Assembly: GCA_963713605.1 (NCBI GenBank)
Contig: CAVQMO010000010.1
Coordinates: 960,001 to 1,024,000 of the forward strand
Direction of reading: 5' to 3'
Origin: an uncultured Nitrososphaerales archaeon
Lineage (GTDB): Archaea; Thermoproteota; Nitrososphaeria; Nitrososphaerales; Nitrososphaeraceae
Length of the DNA: 64,000 bases
The notes below the pieces were generated by a model. That model did no database searches. It had not been told where the DNA came from and saw nothing but the letters and a program-made list of their open reading frames with translations. A program made the translations under genes and the position numbers. Every line of letters starts with the position of its first letter. Positions within the stretch are counted from its first letter, which is position 1. This document shows, one piece after another, positions 58,652 through 64,000 of the stretch.

Positions 58652-58849
58652 TCAATAAGAATATTTAAAGTTTATGATAATTAATCGTCTGAAGAATGCA
58701 TCTGTCATATCGTCGGATTCTGGTATCTTGTTACACGATAGGATCAACTTCGCACAATTTCTGAACTTGAACGATGTCTTATACTTGATTTCCGCAGGGT
58801 ATTGATCGTTGCCAGTTAATTTCTTCAATTTTCCAGTATTTCCCTGCAT
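58652..58849 (-). pseudogene. phage/plasmid P4/D5-type primase-helicase (SF3) fragment
   Basis: TGKLKKLTGNDQYPAEIKYK..F.FRNCAKLILSCNKIP..DDMTDAFFRRLIIINF. Confidence 0.8.
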
Positions 58850-59079
58850 TAATCCTATTAACCTTTTTGATGATGCAAATATTTACGTTCTTGGCAACAA
58901 TACACATAGGAGTCGATAATGATATGCTTTACACCGAATTCGTCAGCTGGTGATTTCTGCAATTCTATAAGTTGCTTTTCGGTAGCAGAACCGATCTTTG
59001 TTGGCGAGATTTATATCGTAACAAAACCAATTTTGAAGAAGCTTTTTAAAGAATAAATTATTAGAGGAGGTGAAATAAT

Positions 59080-59673
59080 ATGAGAAAAATAATCGTCTTA
59101 TCAATGATTACATTAGATGGAGTAATGCAAGCACCTGGTGCACCTGAGGAAGATACATCAGGCGGTTTCAAATATGGCGGTTGGGTTGCACCTTATTTTG
59201 ACGAAGTTTATGGTAACGTCATGAAAAAACAGATGAAACCTGCAGATCTTCTTTTGGGCAGAAAAACATTTGAGATTTTTGCCCACTACTGGCCAGAGCA
59301 TGAAAATGGATGGCCAGGTATCAATGATGTCACAAAATATGTCATGTCCAAGACCATGAAAAAATCAGATTGGAAATACTCAGTTTTCTTCAAAAGCTTG
59401 GCAGATATCGAAAAGCTCAAAAATTCAAAAGGTTCTGACATTCAAGTTCACGGCAGTGGTGAGCTCATTCAACTGCTACTTAAGAATGATTTAGTGGACG
59501 AACTCTGGCTCAAAATTTACCCGTTGACTCTTGGTAGAGGAAAAAAGTTGTTTGACAATAGCACGATTCCGGCAGCATTTACATTAATAGAGAGTTCTGT
59601 TACACCAAGTGGAGTTATTATTGCCAATTACAAGCGAGCTGGAAAAGTCAAGACAGGTATTGTTGGATCTTAA
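59080..59673 (+). CDS. dihydrofolate reductase/RibD C-terminal domain family protein, bacterial-type
   Basis: MRKIIVLSMITLDGVMQAPG, LLLGRKTFE, GSGELIQLLL..DLVDELWLKIYP..LG.GK.LF; AGGAGGTGA RBS at 59065-59073. Confidence 0.9.
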   Translation: MRKIIVLSMITLDGVMQAPGAPEEDTSGGFKYGGWVAPYFDEVYGNVMKKQMKPADLLLGRKTFEIFAHYWPEHENGWPGINDVTKYVMSKTMKKSDWKYSVFFKSLADIEKLKNSKGSDIQVHGSGELIQLLLKNDLVDELWLKIYPLTLGRGKKLFDNSTIPAAFTLIESSVTPSGVIIANYKRAGKVKTGIVGS

Positions 59674-59684
59674 GGAGAAATAAA

Positions 59685-59712
59685 ATGAGAAAAAATAATT
59701 GTTTCATCAGGG
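59685..59712 (+). pseudogene. 5' stub of a second DHFR/RibD-like gene
   Basis: AAGGAG RBS, then ATGAGAAAAAATAATTGTTTCATCA, mirroring the upstream start ATGAGAAAAATAATCGTCTTATCA; sequence beyond is unrelated. Confidence 0.55.
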
Positions 59713-59997
59713 GGATGGAGGTCTCCCACTCTTCCCCTCACTCCAACCATTCAGCCAACCATTATAAGACTCCAACCATTATATGATGTCGTCACCTTGT
59801 CTAGGTTATTTCACCTTCTCAATTGCAGAACATAAATGGTTGAATCACAACCTTGGTCAAATATAATGACTTATGCCGAGTTCCAATCATTCGCATTTCA
59901 ATGGCAAATTTCGTATGTATGTCCTTGCGTGACTCTTCTTCAGACGACTGGCGTATAATACAAACACGGATGTCCTTTATGAGGATACTTATGATTT

Positions 59998-60120
59998 GAG
60001 CCCAAACTTTAAGAGAAAAATGGTTCACACACCCTTGGGCCCACTTTAAAGTGGGTTCAAAAAGATAACATAGCATTAACTTTACAGAAAGTCAGCCAAC
60101 AATAGCATTAACTATATTAC
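59998..60120. repeat. adjacent repeats A+B with tail
   Basis: A at 59998-60036 runs directly into the hairpin TTGGGCCCACTTTAAAGTGGGTTCAA (60035-60060). Confidence 0.8.
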
Positions 60121-60582
60121 GATCCAGTAATGCAAGACTGTGGCATTAGTCAATCAGGATTACAACAGGAAGAATCGTGACGTTTTGGATGCTTCAATAA
60201 CAATCATTGCAGTATTTTTGTTTGCTATGTCAGTGAATCTACTTTAGATCATCACACAGCTGTTACCGATGTGTACGCTCAACCCTAAGTAGAGACAGTG
60301 AAGTATAGAAATCTCGTAGAATTTCTAAAACACTTTAAAGTCTTGCCAAACCTCCTTGCGCCTCAAAAGGGAGTCAGACATGCTCCTGGCTGATCCAAAA
60401 GTCATGAACGCTGCTGTGTAACATCTGTGAGCAATATGAGACAAGGTTAAAGAATTCTTCAGTCCAATATTCATGTCAAATGGTTCACACCACTCGCAGG
60501 GGAAAAGGAAGGTAATAGTATAATAGGCGCTACCAAACGGAGGACAATCTTGGAGAATATAATTATTCACGTATTTGCTATT

Positions 60583-60986
60583 CTATGTTTTAGAAAATAG
60601 AGGTGAAAAATCTGCGTATAACCTTACCGAAGTTAGTAACCCTTCCTCATTTCTATCTAAATATCCTACTGCATTTACAGTGATTTCATTTCCATCATGT
60701 AAGGTGAAATGGTTTAGTATCTCCGGTGAAAAAGATGAATCAATACCATAGATATTTAATAATTCATGGCCATTCCCGTTAAACGATTTCCAAAGTGAAG
60801 TAAGATGTTTATAATTTGATCTTTTCCATTCACTGGTGGATTATTATTTATTTGCAATGTACAATCATCAAATAAATAGCTTGTATAAGATTTAACAATG
60901 GTATTCAAGTATCCTAGATACCACTGAAAGGCTTGTTCCGAAAGTTGATTTATTCTGAGTTTATCGCTTCTTGTTCTTGTCTCCAT
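60583..60986 (-). pseudogene. SnoaL/NTF2-like protein, frameshifted
   Basis: WYLGYL..YTSYLFDDCTLQINNNPPVNGKDQI, then in another frame HELLNIYG..LNHFTLHDGNEITVNAV..DRNEEGLLTSVRLYADFSPLF. Confidence 0.65.
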
Positions 60987-62210
60987 CTAGAAATCAAAAT
61001 TTAATGAAATACTATGATATTTAACTTTTGATTTGTTGTATAATAAACAGATAAGACTTGTGACTTCACTATTCAGTCTTCGCCCTTAAATTGTTTTGTC
61101 ATTTCTAACTTTGGTGCCGTGATCCTATCAATGCCATAATTTTAAGTGAAGTAGGTTCTGTTACTATGGTATAGAACCTTGCTGTTGCTGCGAGGTTGTT
61201 CCTGCTGTTGTTGCCCTTCTGGTTTCATGTTAGCAGATTATTAGTTAGTAGCTAGCATAATGAGCGTTGGCAAAAAAAGGTTTCCCTTAGTCGTCACTTA
61301 CTATAAAACTTACCAAGATTCGGTTCTTACGCCGCCCTAACCTCCATTTGGATTTATTCAAACTTAAAAGAGGCGCGATACATGGATCATTGGAGGACCT
61401 GAAAATATGACGTCTCCTTTCGTCTATGGGCCTAAACACTTGACCTTTGTGGTAATCCCATTCCTAGCTGTAATGTTAATTTACGATTCGACTCTTGATT
61501 TTGTATTTGAATCCTCAACAGCTTTTCATTTCTCTCTTAAGAAAAGGAGTACTAATAAGGACGTTAGTCAGCCCCATCGTGACAAGTACGAAATCTCTAA
61601 AGATATTCTTCTAATGGTTTCGAATGCTAAGTCAGCGAGTCGTCATAGTACTAAAACAAGCATTGGAAGTGATACCGGCATGTCACACGGACTGACGTAA
61701 CTTGTACGTTAGATTATTGGTCGACCAAGATTTATTGCGGGTATCGCAAGATTCCGGACCCTATCGACATTACGAAATCACAGAAAAAGGTCTCCACTTC
61801 TTGCAGATATTCGCTGAAGTGGAGGACGATTTAAGGCATTCCGACCATCAATAGATGAATATGTTTAATTACAATCATCTAAAAACTCTATCAAAGTAAT
61901 AAACCGGGTCAACAGATAACCATAAAAAAATTATTAGATTTATTTCCAGGTTGTTGATACCTCAGAGATCTTGTTACTGATTTGGTTCGCCCTCTTCCAT
62001 TCTTAAACTGTCCATTTGAGATACCAAAATGGAGATCTATCTTTTTCCAATTCTTGAGGAAGATGAGTCGCTAGCAGGAATTTGGACCTCAAAACGGAAC
62101 CATAGGTGACTAAATGATTCTACGAAGTTATAGACAGGGACAAGGACACCAATAATCAACAGCACTGGGTCTAACAACATACTTATTAGTAACGGTGGCT
62201 GACATTCTTC

Positions 62211-63129
62211 ATGACGACAAATATAGTGCGGTATTCTTTAGTAGCCTCCGCTTCTATCCTCTTTTATACTCTTTTCTCGGACCTTGCATACTCGCAGGCT
62301 TCAGACTATGAGCTGCAAGAAATCAAGCCCGGCGTATATGTGGTATCTGCAGGCGGATCCAACTCTATGTTTTTGGTGACTCAGGAGGGAGTTGTTGTGG
62401 TCGACGCGCCGCCAGCGATAGGTGACAAGATATTTAGCAGTGTCGAATGTCACAGATAGGCCTATCACTCACCTGATATACAGTCACGCCCACAAAGACC
62501 ACATAGGTGCTGCCAACCTATTTGAAAACGTCACAATAATCGCTCATAACGAAACCGCCAAAATTCTGAATGAAAGAAACGACACGAATAGACCGGTGCC
62601 GGACATGAATTTCTCTAAGGAGATGAACTTACCAATAGGCGACCAAGTTATCCAGCTCCTCTACCCTGGCCCATACCACCAACAGGGTAATATCTTTGTA
62701 TATCTCCCTGAACACAAAGTTCTGATGGCAGTAGACAATGTTGTGCCCGGCGGCCTCCTATGGAAACACCTTGGCGTTACTCCCGACGTGCCCGCATTAA
62801 TCAAATCGATTGACCAGGCTCTGGCTTTGGACTTTGACGTTTTTGTGGGGGGACACGGCCAGCCTGGTACAAAGCAAGATATCTTAGTACAGCAAGAGTA
62901 CGTAAACGACCTGCGCGAAAACGCCATGGCAGCCCTAAATGAAGTCAATCGCACAGAGGTCATTCAAGGCATAAATGGTAGCAACGCGATAACCGAGGCA
63001 TACTTTAACGCCCTTACAAAATCGTGCGCCGATAAGATAGATGCAGAATGGCAAGGTAAGCTGGAAGGCGTAGGTGTGTGGACAGATGAGCACTGTGAAA
63101 GGATGATAATTAGCGAACGAGTTGATTAA
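62211..63129 (+). CDS. secreted metallo-beta-lactamase-fold hydrolase; frameshift near 62435
   Basis: Signal peptide, NSMFLVTQEGVVVVDAPP, YSHAHKDHIG, PYHQQG, MAVD, VGGHG. Confidence 0.85.
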
Positions 63130-63635
63130 CTTCCTCTTCTTTTCAGCTCCTCCATTGGCTACATTTCGCAATTTACCAAATGTTAGAGTCCTACTAGCTA
63201 CCATAAAATTCATCACCTGAAACCACTTGAGGACGCTTAACCGTGCTAGGTGTATGGATGATCCTAATCCGCCTTACAAAGGAGCGGAAAAGGGAGTGCG
63301 AAGATTCATGAAGATAACGACTTTAATGTTCCTATCGCGGAGAAGATAATGGTCGGGTAATTAGGAAACATAGAGCATCCAATAGCGCAAGAGCTATTAG
63401 ATATGCAGAAGAAATGACAGTCAGTTGTTCTAGAAATTAATCCAAAGTGTTACTCAACTTGGGATTACAGTACCACATAGGCATTCTTGATCGTTTCATT
63501 TTGGTGTTTTAGTTAACACGGGCGGTAAGCGGTAGCTACTGGATGCATTATTTCAACGTACCGGGCGAACTTCGGGATTCAAAGTACCCGGTGGCGCTTG
63601 ATAGTTTCCAGATCATTCGTTTTGCTTGATGACTG

Positions 63636-64000
63636 CTATCGAGAATCTCGTATGTACTGGTCGTGCCGCCGAAACCACAGCCCCGTTTCATTCCGCCCGT
63701 TCGGTGCACGGTCGAGCCACTGGTACATTCCCCAGAGCGCGTCGAGGCCGCGCGCGTAAGTGGAGTAGGTATGGTAGACGACGCCGTCGGAGAGTGCGAA
63801 CGCGCTCATTCCCGGCGCCTCGCGGGTGTAGGTGGGGACGTCGGTGCCGGTCATGGTCGCGAAATCGCCTACGCCAGCCGAGTCGGGTGTCGTGCCGAGC
63901 GTGCTGTAGTTGTAGTCGATGCTGCCGGAGCGCTGCCTGCTCCTCAGTGAACGAGGTGTTGAAGTCGTAATTGAAATCGCTATTCAGCGACGAGGCCCAT
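63636..64000 (-). CDS. DUF899 family thioredoxin-like protein, 3' part (5' end outside the window), bacterial-type
   Basis: WASSLNSDFNYDF ... REAPGMSAF..DGVVYHTYSTYARGLDALWGMYQWLDRAPNGRNE..WFRRHD; very GC-rich; apparent frameshift near 63940. Confidence 0.85.

Overview
AT-rich archaeal DNA, most consistent with a soil ammonia-oxidising archaeon (Nitrososphaeraceae). This is inferred from a TFB fragment, an LLM/F420-type oxidoreductase, stand-alone REC proteins, a lineage-typical histidine kinase and wHTH protein, and a P-II protein. I saw no rRNA, tRNA, CRISPR array or intact transposase/integrase. The window is an accessory, redox/stress-themed mosaic with five components. (i) Intact genes: two non-heme bacterioferritin-like paralogues, three Rieske ferredoxins, a ferredoxin/ring-cleaving dioxygenase/esterase operon, an MDR dehydrogenase, DUF72, M32 carboxypeptidase, a DAGK-family kinase and two beta-helix proteins. 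(ii) A ferritin-like (DUF892/YciE-F type) domain fused to a class III adenylate cyclase, 16 kb from a cNMP-binding thioredoxin-reductase-like flavoprotein; this is my best candidate for an undescribed system. (iii) Gene-sized GC-rich bacterial-type inserts: cNMP-TrxR, non-heme haloperoxidase, UBP zinc finger, DUF1326, VOC and DUF899. (iv) Many gene scraps, including virus/plasmid relics (terminase, D5-type primase-helicase, integrase-type Zn ribbon), an in-frame SDR-VOC chimera and a dispersed palindromic repeat family. (v) About 15 otherwise full-length genes broken by single-base indels, which may be long-read errors. Family assignments come from motif recognition by eye, not database searches.
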